A DNA stretch of 30,620 nucleotides from Allobaculum fili. Its GTDB lineage: Bacteria > Bacillota_I > Bacilli_A > Erysipelotrichales > Erysipelotrichaceae. Shown piece by piece: positions 17,308 to 26,002 of the stretch. The stretch lies in contig NZ_JAHDSX010000029.1 in assembly GCF_020969955.1 (NCBI RefSeq), positions 1 through 30,620 of the forward strand, read 5' to 3'. The position numbers and the translations under genes were made by a program. The notes under the pieces are model-generated. The model was not told the origin of the DNA. It was given only the letters and a program-made list of their open reading frames with translations, and did no database searches. The first letter of the stretch is position 1; every line of letters starts with the position of its first letter.

Positions 17308-17473
17308 TTTGATTTTGAAGAGCCTGCTCTGCGGACTTTTTCTTTTGCGTTTGATTCCGGCTTGGCGTTCGCTTTTGCCTTAGGATTTGTTCAAAGCGAT
17401 CCAGTCATGCGCAGTCTGCTTCATACAGGGTGCATCTATGTATGGAAGACCCGAATATCTTCCTGTAACGGAT

Positions 17474-18415
17474 CTATATCCCTTCCAGCATGCTTAACGG
17501 CTCCAGCATGATCTGATAGACGCTGATTGCCAGAATCCCGACAAAGCCATAGGCCGCATAGAGAAGATAACGGCTGAACTGACTGAGCTGCTTTTCAAAA
17601 AGCAGCAGACGACCCTGCTGATACGCCTGCATCATCTCTTCCATACGGCTTGTTTCCAGACCAATTTCAAAAAAGCGGATAAACCGATCTTCCAGCCGTC
17701 TTTCCCTGCGTATGCACGCTTCCAGACTTTTTCCCGCTTCAATCTCTCGAATCCAGCTTTGCCATAAAATCTGCGCGAAAGGAAAACAGCCCGATTCCTG
17801 AATTAGACGGCTGGCCTGCCTTGTGGACAAGGATGCTTTCTGGACGCATTCAAAGACGACGGCGCATTCCATGGACGAAAACGTCTTTAAAAGGGGAATG
17901 GAAAACAGAAGCGGCGAAATCCGGGAAGCCGCCTGCGGAAACGTGATCATCCAGCCGACGGCAACGACACCGATGAAAACGGCGATCCAGAACAGCAGGG
18001 AAATCAGCTTCAGCAGATTCAGCAAGGAAAGGGAAGAGGACCCGCCTTCGCCAAGCAGGGAGGGAAGAATGCTGTTGGCAAAAAAACAGACCAGACCGCT
18101 CGCAAACGCCATGAGAAAGAGTGGGTAGCCGCTTTTTTTCAGGAGCGTTCCATGCAGCGTTTTTCGCGCTTTGCGCAGCTGTTCGTGAAATTCGAGCGCC
18201 AGGGAAAGATCGAAGATTTCCATCAGAACACCAAGCTGCTTCATGTTCCGCTCTTTTTGTGAACGGACGATCTGCGAAAACGGAATACCCTGTTCAAGCC
18301 GTTTTTCAATTTCTGCATGGGATTGAAACGAAAGAGACAGGGCATCGGGAAACGTCAGCCCGCTTTTGAGCAGCAGGCAAAACAGATCCATTTCCTTTTC
18401 ATCCAGAACCGGCAT
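17474..18415 (-). CDS. comGB: competence pseudopilus platform protein ComGB (T2SS F family)
   Basis: Polytopic membrane protein with two T2SSF-like halves, directly downstream of comGA. Start 18415 (MPVLDEKEM..) overlaps comGA by 17 nt. An alternative start at 18514 has AAGGAG 7 nt upstream but overlaps comGA by 116 nt. Confidence 0.8.
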   Translation of the reverse strand: MPVLDEKEMDLFCLLLKSGLTFPDALSLSFQSHAEIEKRLEQGIPFSQIVRSQKERNMKQLGVLMEIFDLSLALEFHEQLRKARKTLHGTLLKKSGYPLFLMAFASGLVCFFANSILPSLLGEGGSSSLSLLNLLKLISLLFWIAVFIGVVAVGWMITFPQAASRISPLLFSIPLLKTFSSMECAVVFECVQKASLSTRQASRLIQESGCFPFAQILWQSWIREIEAGKSLEACIRRERRLEDRFIRFFEIGLETSRMEEMMQAYQQGRLLLFEKQLSQFSRYLLYAAYGFVGILAISVYQIMLEPLSMLEGI

Positions 18416-19349
18416 CCCCTTCGGGGCGAAGACAGGCTTCAAAAGAAAGTCCCGGACGGGCGTTTTCTTTTTCTTCGAAGAGGCGATGGACGTCTTCCTC
18501 ATTCCAGATTTCATAAACACACTCCTTCTGATCGCCGTTTCGTAAAAGGCGGCAGACAAAAATTCCTTTCAGTACACTGCGCAGATCCTGCTCGTCTGCA
18601 CCGAGATCGAGCAGGCGCAAAAGGCATTCCAGGCCGCTGCCGCAGTGCAGAGTCGTATAGACGACATGGCCGGTGAGGGAAGCGCGAACGGTCATTTTCG
18701 CAGCGATTTCCGAACGGCATTCGCCGATGAAAAGAACATCCAGATTTTGGCGGAGCAGTTCTTCGAGGGTGCGCTGGTACGTAACGCCTCGGCCTGGATT
18801 GATCTGAATCTGCAGCATGTCCGGCTCCTGAATTTCGATCGGATCTTCCATCGTCACGATTTTCAGCGGCCGCTTTTCGAGAATGCGGTGGAGCAGCGCG
18901 TGAATGGTCGTCGATTTTCCCGATCCGGTAGGACCGCAGGAAATGATCAGACCCCGATCGGTCTGCGTAAAGCGCTCAAGACGTTTTGCTGCTTCCTTGC
19001 AGGAGCTGAGATCTTCAAGCGCAAAGTGTCTGGCCGAATGGAGAAGACGGATTACCCCGGTTTGCGTATCCTGAGCGTGAAGCAGAGAAAAGCGGCATTG
19101 CGCTTTCTTTCCGTAAACCGTCATCGTAAATTCGCCGGACTGCGGTTCATTGGGCTGGCAAAGATCCATGCCGGAAAGGAACTTCAGATACTCCAGAAAC
19201 TCCGGCGGGAAAATGTCCTGATCCAGTTCTTCAAGCCCTTTGTCCGTTCGAAAGAAGAGGTGAAGTCCTTTTCCTTTGCGCTCTAAATGAATGTCGGTGA
19301 TTTCCCGTTCCATCGCCAGAGACAGCAGCAGCCGGCAAAGATCGCGCAT
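18399..19349 (-). CDS. comGA: competence pseudopilus ATPase ComGA (GspE/PulE family)
   Basis: ATG at 19349 with AGGAGGTG upstream (the track ORF starts at 19454). It has Walker A GPTGSGKST, a Walker B-like VLFIGECRS, a His box TGHVVYTTLH, and an N-terminal ITDIHLE motif as in ComGA. Confidence 0.88.
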   Translation of the reverse strand: MRDLCRLLLSLAMEREITDIHLERKGKGLHLFFRTDKGLEELDQDIFPPEFLEYLKFLSGMDLCQPNEPQSGEFTMTVYGKKAQCRFSLLHAQDTQTGVIRLLHSARHFALEDLSSCKEAAKRLERFTQTDRGLIISCGPTGSGKSTTIHALLHRILEKRPLKIVTMEDPIEIQEPDMLQIQINPGRGVTYQRTLEELLRQNLDVLFIGECRSEIAAKMTVRASLTGHVVYTTLHCGSGLECLLRLLDLGADEQDLRSVLKGIFVCRLLRNGDQKECVYEIWNEEDVHRLFEEKENARPGLSFEACLRPEGDAGSG

Positions 19350-19355
19350 GGTCTC

Positions 19356-19375
19356 ACCTCCTGTCTGTTCATACG
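19356..19375 (-). promoter_or_regulatory. conserved com-locus upstream element (copy 1): CGTATgAACAGACAGGAGGT
   Basis: On the - strand it is 19/20 identical to 28327-28346. Both copies end 6 nt before the start codon. It includes the SD and a TATGAA/TATAAA -10-like hexamer. Confidence 0.6.
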
Positions 19376-19746
19376 AAAAACGAGACAGACGATGAAAATG
19401 GAAAGTCGACTTTTTCCGTCGGATTCGACCTCGAAGAAGATCCAAAGCCGTCAAAAAAGCAGAGTCTTCAGAAGACGCAGATAGAAAAAGATCACCGAAA
19501 ACGGGAGAGTCCGGTATCGCATTGCATTGCTGAAAACGCTGTCTTCGGATAAGGACAGGTATCTCAATAGGTTTGTCTTTTGAAGCCTTTTATAGTTACA
19601 GGGAAAAAGAAAACAAATCGAAGCGAATAAACGGATCGATTCGTTTTTCAGGCAAAATCGCCCGCAAACATCGTATTGGCTTTGTGCGGGCAGGAATGGG
19701 TAAAGACGAGGCGAACAAATTGAAACTGAAAACATCACAGAAACAG

Positions 19747-20391
19747 ATGTCGGAATCCCTTTGGACAGTGGCATTTTTAACGCTTTCCGGAGGACTGCAG
19801 GATGCGTATACGTATTTTGAGCGCGGAAAAGTTTTCGCCAACGCGATGACGGGAAATCTGGTCCTGATGAGCGCGCGGCTGTTTGAAGGGGACTGGATGG
19901 CGTTTTTAAAATATCTGTTTCCCGTTCTGGCCTTTTGCGGAGGAATCGCAGCGGCGCAGCTGATTCATCTGCACTTTTTGCACGCCCGCTTTCACTGGCG
20001 GCAGATGATTACTGTACTTATGATCGTCCTGCTTCTGGGCGTACCGTTTATTGAAGCCGATTCGCTGGCCAACGCGCTCGTTTCCTTTTCCTGCGCCATG
20101 CAGGTGCAGACGTTTCGCAAGTTTCATGGCATTCCCTTCGCTTCAACCATGTGTATCGGCAATTTGCGCGGCGGTACGGATTCTCTGATCAGCGCCATTC
20201 ACAGTAACAATTCAGGCCTGTTTGAAAAAGCCTTCAGTTATTTCCTCATTATCGGTCTGTTCGTTCTAGGTGCCGGGCTGGGCAGAGTGTTCTGCCTGCA
20301 GTTTGGCTTAAAGACGATCTGGATTTCCTGCGCCCTTCTGCTTTGTGCGCTGGTCATGATGAGCGTCCATCCGGATGTCGTGGAAAAATAA
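19747..20391 (+). CDS. YoaK family (DUF1275) membrane protein
   Basis: Motif GGLQDAYTYFERGKVFANAMTGNLVL plus multiple TM helices. The start is uncertain: ATG 19747 or 19696, and the track ORF starts at TTG 19573. Confidence 0.7.
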   Translation: MSESLWTVAFLTLSGGLQDAYTYFERGKVFANAMTGNLVLMSARLFEGDWMAFLKYLFPVLAFCGGIAAAQLIHLHFLHARFHWRQMITVLMIVLLLGVPFIEADSLANALVSFSCAMQVQTFRKFHGIPFASTMCIGNLRGGTDSLISAIHSNNSGLFEKAFSYFLIIGLFVLGAGLGRVFCLQFGLKTIWISCALLLCALVMMSVHPDVVEK

Positions 20392-20394
20392 AAT

Positions 20395-20450
20395 AAGGGT
20401 CTGTGTTCGAGAAAAGGGGGACCTTTGTCGAATACAGACCCTTTTGATTT
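20395..20450. terminator. bidirectional terminator between the convergent YoaK and EamA genes
   Basis: Long hairpin AAGGGTCTGTGTTCGAGAAAAGG ... CCTTTGTCGAATACAGACCCTT followed by TTGATTT, with an A-rich stretch on the other side. Confidence 0.65.
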
Positions 20451-20484
20451 GGATCCAAATCGTTTGGAAAGGATAACGTCACGC

Positions 20485-21405
20485 TCAGGCCGTTTTTGCC
20501 TGCAGGTGTCTGCGCGCGGACGCGGGCAGAGAATTCCAGATGACGCTGCAGATGACGATGGCCGCGCCAGCAAGCGATAAGCCGCTGAGCGATTCGTAGC
20601 CGGCCAGAGCAACGAGCGTCGGATTGAGTACCGGTTCGATCGCGTTGACCAGAGACGCGTTGAGCGCGCTGATCAGGCCGGTTCCTAAAGCGAAGAATAC
20701 ATAGGCGAAGCCGACCTGGAAAGTACCGAGCCAGAAAATCGCAAACAGATTGGAAGGCGTCATGGAACAGCCGTAAGCAAACGGAGCCATGCAGATCACG
20801 GTACCGATCTGGCCAAGGAAAATGGACGAGAGGGCATCGCCGTTTTTAAAGCTGTTCAGCATGAACAGAATCGCGTAGAAAAATCCGGAAAGGATCGCGA
20901 TCAGATCGCCGGCCCAGCTGCCGGACTGCAGCGAATCCAGGAAGAAGCAGACAATGCCGATCACAATGAGCGTCAGGGCGATGATCTGTCTTCGATCCGG
21001 CTTTCGATGAAACAGGATAAGGTTCAGCAGGACGATCCAGATCGGGCAGGAAAACTGCAGGACAATCGCGTTGCCCGCAGCCGTCATTTTGTTCGAAAGA
21101 ACAAAGAGCGTTGTCATGAACATGTACGCCACCGCCCCCGCAAACACCGATTTGTTCAGGCGCAGGCGATGGTGGGTAATAAGCATGAACAGACCGATCA
21201 CGACAGCCCCAAAGCAGGAGCGAACGCCGTTAATGGCCAGCGAATTCCAGTTCGTCCATTTCAGAACGAGACCGCCTGTCGCAAAAAGAATTGAGGCAAT
21301 GACCATGTACAAAATGCCTTTTGCCCCTTTTGAAGAAGCCATCCTCCTGGAAGAGGACGGCGATAGAGCGGCGATCTCGTCGCTCTCGGTTACCGTTTGA
21401 CGCAT
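20485..21405 (-). CDS. EamA/DMT family transporter
   Basis: About 10 TM helices in two EamA-like halves. The start is uncertain (21405, or ATG 21342). Confidence 0.8.
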   Translation of the reverse strand: MRQTVTESDEIAALSPSSSRRMASSKGAKGILYMVIASILFATGGLVLKWTNWNSLAINGVRSCFGAVVIGLFMLITHHRLRLNKSVFAGAVAYMFMTTLFVLSNKMTAAGNAIVLQFSCPIWIVLLNLILFHRKPDRRQIIALTLIVIGIVCFFLDSLQSGSWAGDLIAILSGFFYAILFMLNSFKNGDALSSIFLGQIGTVICMAPFAYGCSMTPSNLFAIFWLGTFQVGFAYVFFALGTGLISALNASLVNAIEPVLNPTLVALAGYESLSGLSLAGAAIVICSVIWNSLPASARRHLQAKTA

Positions 21406-21476
21406 ACTTCCAGATCCTTTCTTAAACTCGGTTAACTCTTTTTATTCACTCTTATTGATTCGATACTTTGCCGCCT

Positions 21477-22427
21477 TCAGCCGGCCTTGATTTCGTTTTT
21501 AATCGTTCCGTTCAGCCACGAAAAGAGGTTGTCAAAGACAATTTCCGCCCGCTCTTTCATGGACTGTTCAGAATCGTAGGCGATATGCGGTGTCAGAATC
21601 GTATTGGGCGCTTTTAAAAACGGCAGATCGAGGGGCAGAGGCGGCTCCTGATCAAAGACGTCAGTACCTGCTCCCGCAAGATGACCGTTTTCAAGAAGAG
21701 CAGCCAGTGCATTGTTATCGAGAATAGGTCCGCGCGCCGTGTTGATGACGATCGCTCCCGGCTTCATGCACTCCAGCTCCTTTTTACCGATCAAACCGCG
21801 TGTCTGATCGGTCAGCGGCAGATGCAGGGAAAGAATATCGCTTTCCTGAAGCAGCTTGTCCAGGGGCACCTGTTCATCGATCCAGTCACAATGAACTTGC
21901 GAGCGATTGAACGCCAGAACGCGGGCGCCCATCGATTTAGCCAGCTGAGCCGTACGCAGACCGATTTTTCCCGCGCCGGCAATACCGACGGTCCGATTCT
22001 GAAGCGTCCAGCCTTCCAGACGGCCTTTGGCCTTGCCTTCCCGGCAGGCCTGCTGAAGCGCTGGCACTTTTCGTGCAAGTAAAATCATCATTGCAATCGC
22101 CAGTTCCGCAACCGATTCCGTGGCATAGCCCGACGCGTTGGAAATCGCAATGCTGCGGTGCAGGGCTTCCTTTACGGGAATGTGATCGACGCCGGTAAAG
22201 GCGACATCGATATAGCGAAGATGATCTGCCTGATCAAGAACAGAATCCGGAAGCGGCATATTCGCCAGAATCAGCACGTCCGCATCCCGGACTTCCTCTT
22301 TGAGGGTATCGACATCGGATGTCCGTTCGTAAACAGTAAAGCGATGTCCGGCGGCTTCAATTTGGGATCGATACGAATCCAGCAGGCCCTGGGGAATGCC
22401 GAGGGATTCAAGAAGAACAATATTCAT
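21477..22427 (-). CDS. D-isomer-specific 2-hydroxyacid dehydrogenase (glyoxylate/hydroxypyruvate reductase or PGDH-like)
   Basis: 316 aa with NAD-binding motif GIAGAGKIGLRTAQLAK and catalytic-region motifs (NTARG, TPHIAY). No terminator before the downstream EamA gene. Confidence 0.88.
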   Translation of the reverse strand: MNIVLLESLGIPQGLLDSYRSQIEAAGHRFTVYERTSDVDTLKEEVRDADVLILANMPLPDSVLDQADHLRYIDVAFTGVDHIPVKEALHRSIAISNASGYATESVAELAIAMMILLARKVPALQQACREGKAKGRLEGWTLQNRTVGIAGAGKIGLRTAQLAKSMGARVLAFNRSQVHCDWIDEQVPLDKLLQESDILSLHLPLTDQTRGLIGKKELECMKPGAIVINTARGPILDNNALAALLENGHLAGAGTDVFDQEPPLPLDLPFLKAPNTILTPHIAYDSEQSMKERAEIVFDNLFSWLNGTIKNEIKAG

Positions 22428-22746
22428 AAAAACATCCTTTCCAGACGCTTCCTCTCCCGCAGACGAGACGGTCCGAACGCGGTGAGAGAAAGAATCGGTC
22501 TTCCAGCAGCCGCATGTCGGGCTGTCCTTTTAGTTTTAATCGTTCTGTCTGCAGCGCGCAATGGCGATCCCTCCGGAGCCAAAAAGGACAGGCGGAATCG
22601 TATGGAACTTTTGCCTGAAACAAAATCCAGAGTGTTTTCGCCATACACGAATCAGGGGAGATCCGAGAAATATCTCGGCGCAGCGATTCTGCCATCTCCA
22701 GAAAAGCACCAAAGGATATAAATCGGTCAAATCCGGCTGTTCAGAT

Positions 22747-22780
22747 AGAAGAAAAGCCGGATTTCCTGCGAAATCCAGCT
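22747..22780 (-). terminator. intrinsic terminator after the antiporter gene
   Basis: On the - strand: AGCTGGATTT CGCAGG AAATCCGGCT followed by TTTCTTCT. Confidence 0.6.
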
Positions 22781-22834
22781 GTAAGGCAAAAGGGAAAATC
22801 CGTTTTGCGAAAAATGAAACTTGTTGCTTTCTGA

Positions 22835-24091
22835 CTATTCGTCGGCGAGGTTTTTCGGTTTGATTTCTCCGGCTTTGGTCAGCGTAAACTTGGTCAGAGA
22901 CGGTCCGATCAGCTCATAAACCAGAACGCCGAAGAGAACAACGTTGCGGATCATCATGCCGTTTTCACCCATGCGGGCGCCGACCGTAGCGGCCATGCCC
23001 AGAGCGACACCAGCCTGCGGGAAGAGGGTAATACCGAGCCATTTGCGTACGGTTTTCGGCGAACCGGCAATGACGGCCGAGAGACTTCCGCCCAGGTATT
23101 TACCGAGGCAGCGCGAGAGAATGTACGTCAGACCAACAGCGAGAACGAGGATGTTGCCAAAGGCGAACAGGTTCAGTTCCGCGCCGCTTAATACGAAGAA
23201 GAGGGTGATCAGCGGAGCCGACCAGCGATCGGCACGGCTCATCAGATCTTCGGACTTGCGGCAGCAGTTGCAGAAGATGGTACCGAGCATCATGTTGACG
23301 AGCAGGGAAGAAAGACCAAAATTCATCGGTCCGATGTGAATCTGGGCGGTTGAAATGGTTACGCCCAGAATGACGAAGCTGACAATCAGCGTATTGCGGT
23401 TACGATTCGAATGGAAAATACGGGCGACATGTGTCAGGATCCAGCCAAGCAGGGCACCGATGCCCAGCGAGAAGAAGATTTCCATCAGCGGTTCAACAAA
23501 AAGGGAAACCATGTTCGCACCGTCAGGGGAATCAAGATGCATGGCTACGCCATAGGAAATCGCAAACAGGATCAGGCCGACGGCGTCATCCAGCGCAACG
23601 ACAGGAAGCAGGGTCGAAGTGACGTCGCCTTTGGCTTTGTACTGACGGACAACCATCAGCGTTGCCGCCGGAGCGGTGGCCGCAGCAATTGCGCCGAGAA
23701 TGAGAACGTCCGCGAGCGTCAGAATATCTGGAACGATCAGGTGTGCAACGAACAGAACGCAGTCGACGACAATCGTGGTGATGATACCTTCGAGAATACC
23801 GATCGTCAGCGCCTGTTTTCCAGTCTGTTTCAGTTCGCTTAAACGAAATTCGCTTCCGATCGCGAAAGCGATAAAGCCAAGCGCCACATTGTTAAACGGC
23901 TGAAGGACTTCTACATCCTGGAACGTATGAAAGCCAAGGCCAGGAATTTTAAGAAGACCGATGCAGCAGGGTCCAAGAAGGAGTCCGGCGATTAAATAGG
24001 ATGTGACATCCGGCAGACGGAACTTGTTTCCCAGCCGGGTCAGCAGAAGACCAGCCAGCAGTGCAGTTCCAACACTTAATGCATAATTCAT
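22835..24091 (-). CDS. cation:proton antiporter (Na+/H+ exchanger family)
   Basis: About 12 TM helices. The N-terminal motif RLPDVTSYLIAGLLLGP is typical of the Na_H_Exchanger family. ATG 24091 is favoured (AAAGGA 8 nt upstream), with an alternative at 24100. Confidence 0.85.
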   Translation of the reverse strand: MNYALSVGTALLAGLLLTRLGNKFRLPDVTSYLIAGLLLGPCCIGLLKIPGLGFHTFQDVEVLQPFNNVALGFIAFAIGSEFRLSELKQTGKQALTIGILEGIITTIVVDCVLFVAHLIVPDILTLADVLILGAIAAATAPAATLMVVRQYKAKGDVTSTLLPVVALDDAVGLILFAISYGVAMHLDSPDGANMVSLFVEPLMEIFFSLGIGALLGWILTHVARIFHSNRNRNTLIVSFVILGVTISTAQIHIGPMNFGLSSLLVNMMLGTIFCNCCRKSEDLMSRADRWSAPLITLFFVLSGAELNLFAFGNILVLAVGLTYILSRCLGKYLGGSLSAVIAGSPKTVRKWLGITLFPQAGVALGMAATVGARMGENGMMIRNVVLFGVLVYELIGPSLTKFTLTKAGEIKPKNLADE

Positions 24092-24621
24092 GCAGTTCAT
24101 CCTTTCTGATTCAATAGAAGATTCATGAGCGATTTATCTGAAAGTCGGATGGTTTTGCATGCCCCAGAAGCGGAAGAAAAGCGGGGGTAGTATGGAAAAC
24201 GCAAGAGCCGGCGAGTACGCTGAACCTTTCCTTAATGTATACCCGTCAATCAAAAATGTGAAATTTAGTGAATTATTTAAGGAAATCTGAACAAAATGGG
24301 GAGGAAACACAGAATATCGTTTAAAAAGTACAGAAAACCATTCCCAAAGTGAATCAACGGCTTCAATTCGAAAAGTTGATGAAGCTGACTTTATAAAACC
24401 TTAAATTCGGAATGCGTCGTCGATCAAAAATCGCTCCGGTTCTGCTAGTTTACAATCTTGTAAAGGATGCGAAATCTGCCAGCCTGTACCGGGCTTGAGA
24501 CTGCTCAAAAAGCAATAAGACAAGAACCGCAGTATGGATTCATCCCACAAAAGAAAACCTTCAGGCATCTGGCTTTTCGCTCGATTTTTGCCTTCTTAAA
24601 CTGGAAGCGAGGTGATAAACA

Positions 24622-25173
24622 TTGAAAAAAGCAGCGATCCTGATTGCGGACGGGTTTGAAGAAATTGAGGCACTCGTTCCCTTTGACCTCCTCAAGAGAG
24701 CCGGAATCGTTACGGTTCTTGTAAACGTTGAAAATAAGAAACTGGCCAGAGGCAATAACGGCCTGATCATTGAAACGCCGACGGAACTGCGCGGCTATGA
24801 TTTTGAAACGACCGATGCGCTGATCGTCCCCGGCGGAGACGCGTATGCGGTATTCAAGAATATTCCGCTCATTGAAGACGAAATTCGCGCCTTTGCGATG
24901 AATCCGCAAAAGGTACTCGGCGCAATCTGTGCCGGCAGCGCCCTTGCGGGAGAACTTGGCGTATACAAAAACAAAAAGTACGTCTGTGTACCTTCGATGA
25001 ATGAAGACTCTTTTGGCGGTACGTTTGAAAAGAAGCATGCGGTCGTGGACGGAAATATCGTTTCCGGCATTTCAGTAGGCGGCGCTTTTGAATTCGCGTT
25101 TGCGCTGATTGAAAAACTGACCGACAAGCACAAAGCCGAAGAACTGAAAAAGGCTGTTGCCTACACGCTCTAA
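24622..25173 (+). CDS. DJ-1/PfpI family protein
   Basis: TTG start with GAGGTGAT 5 nt upstream. It has the N-terminal motif KAAILIADGFEEIEALVPFDLLKRAG and the nucleophile elbow AICAG. Confidence 0.85.
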   Translation: MKKAAILIADGFEEIEALVPFDLLKRAGIVTVLVNVENKKLARGNNGLIIETPTELRGYDFETTDALIVPGGDAYAVFKNIPLIEDEIRAFAMNPQKVLGAICAGSALAGELGVYKNKKYVCVPSMNEDSFGGTFEKKHAVVDGNIVSGISVGGAFEFAFALIEKLTDKHKAEELKKAVAYTL

Positions 25174-25218
25174 GATCATTTCCAGGAGCTTCCCTGAGCA
25201 GGGGGGAAGTAAAACAGA

Positions 25219-25266
25219 AGCCATGGCATTCCAGAATTGTAATGATCTGGAAAGCCATGGCTTTTA
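25219..25266. terminator. bidirectional terminator between the convergent DJ-1 and exonuclease genes
   Basis: About 16-bp stem GCCATGGCATTCCAGA / TCTGGAAAGCCATGGC (one mismatch) followed by TTTTATT, with AAAACAGAA on the left side. Confidence 0.75.
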
Positions 25267-25307
25267 TTGTCTCAAAATAAAGAATTGGATCGGCTTTGCC
25301 GGCTTGA

Positions 25308-25898
25308 TCAGGATTCAATTTCCGCCAGCAGCGCGAGAAGAATTCGACCGCAGGTCAGCGCATCCGATTCCGCGCGGTGGGCCATCGGATTGATGAGTCC
25401 ATAATGAGTGGCAAGCGTATCCTGCTTGTAGTTAGGCACGGTGCGAAGAGTACTGCGGGCAATGCGCAGCGTATCGAGATAGCGGAAGTTTACCGAAAAG
25501 CCCTGTCGATTGCAGGCGGCGCATAAAAACGAAAAGTCAAACGCCGCATTGTGTCCGACAAACAGAAGATCGTAACCGGAAAAGCGATTCAGAAACGCGA
25601 AGAGTTCAAGCAGAGCTTCTCTTTCATCCGGCGCATCCGCGACCATGTCATCGGTAATGTGATTGACCATCGACGCGCCGATTGGAATCGGTCTGCCTGG
25701 ATTTACGAAGGTATTGAAGCGTTCCGCCGGCTGCCCATTTCGAAAAGCTACTGCACCGATTTCGACGATCCGATCGGAATCGGGGGAAAGACCGGTCGTT
25801 TCCAGATCCAGCGCAATATAAAACCGATGAACCTGTTCAAAATGGCGGTTTGTCAGCCGCACATATTCTTTCGTAGCTCCAAATCCCTGTAAATCCAT
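25308..25898 (-). CDS. DnaQ-like 3'-5' exonuclease (DEDDh, Pol III epsilon family)
   Basis: AGGAGG SD 9 nt upstream. Motifs are Exo I (ALDLETTG), Exo II (HNAAFDFSFL) and Exo III (HRAESDA). Confidence 0.85.
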   Translation of the reverse strand: MDLQGFGATKEYVRLTNRHFEQVHRFYIALDLETTGLSPDSDRIVEIGAVAFRNGQPAERFNTFVNPGRPIPIGASMVNHITDDMVADAPDEREALLELFAFLNRFSGYDLLFVGHNAAFDFSFLCAACNRQGFSVNFRYLDTLRIARSTLRTVPNYKQDTLATHYGLINPMAHRAESDALTCGRILLALLAEIES

Positions 25899-26002
25899 AG
25901 TAAACGACCTCCTGATCCGTTCATTTTGCTTTAGGTATGACCAGTCTCATCGATTCGCTCGCTTTTGGCAGCTATGTTTATTGCCAGAGGACGCTTTGAA
26001 TT

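Noticed and set aside
19372-19379. Streptococcal-type ComX com-box (TACGAATA): TACGAAAA on the + strand upstream of comGA
   Set aside because: It is on the wrong strand for comGA and has one mismatch. The comGC copy reads TACGGATG, so the com-box reading is not shared. Only the - strand element CGTATRAAC.. is common to both loci.
22730-22780. Mutually exclusive hairpins (AAATCCGGCT / AGCCGGATTT / AAATCCAGCT) as an attenuator
   Set aside because: On the transcribed (-) strand the terminator hairpin forms first, and the alternative helix lies downstream of it. It therefore cannot act as an antiterminator, and a simple terminator after the antiporter gene is the most likely reading.
22428-22834. 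T-box, SAM or ZTP riboswitch upstream of the dehydrogenase
   Set aside because: No T-box core (GGTGGTACCGCG-like) and no SAM-I core is present. Only short ZTP-like fragments occur (TGGCGAA, CCGCCTG), without the pseudoknot partners.
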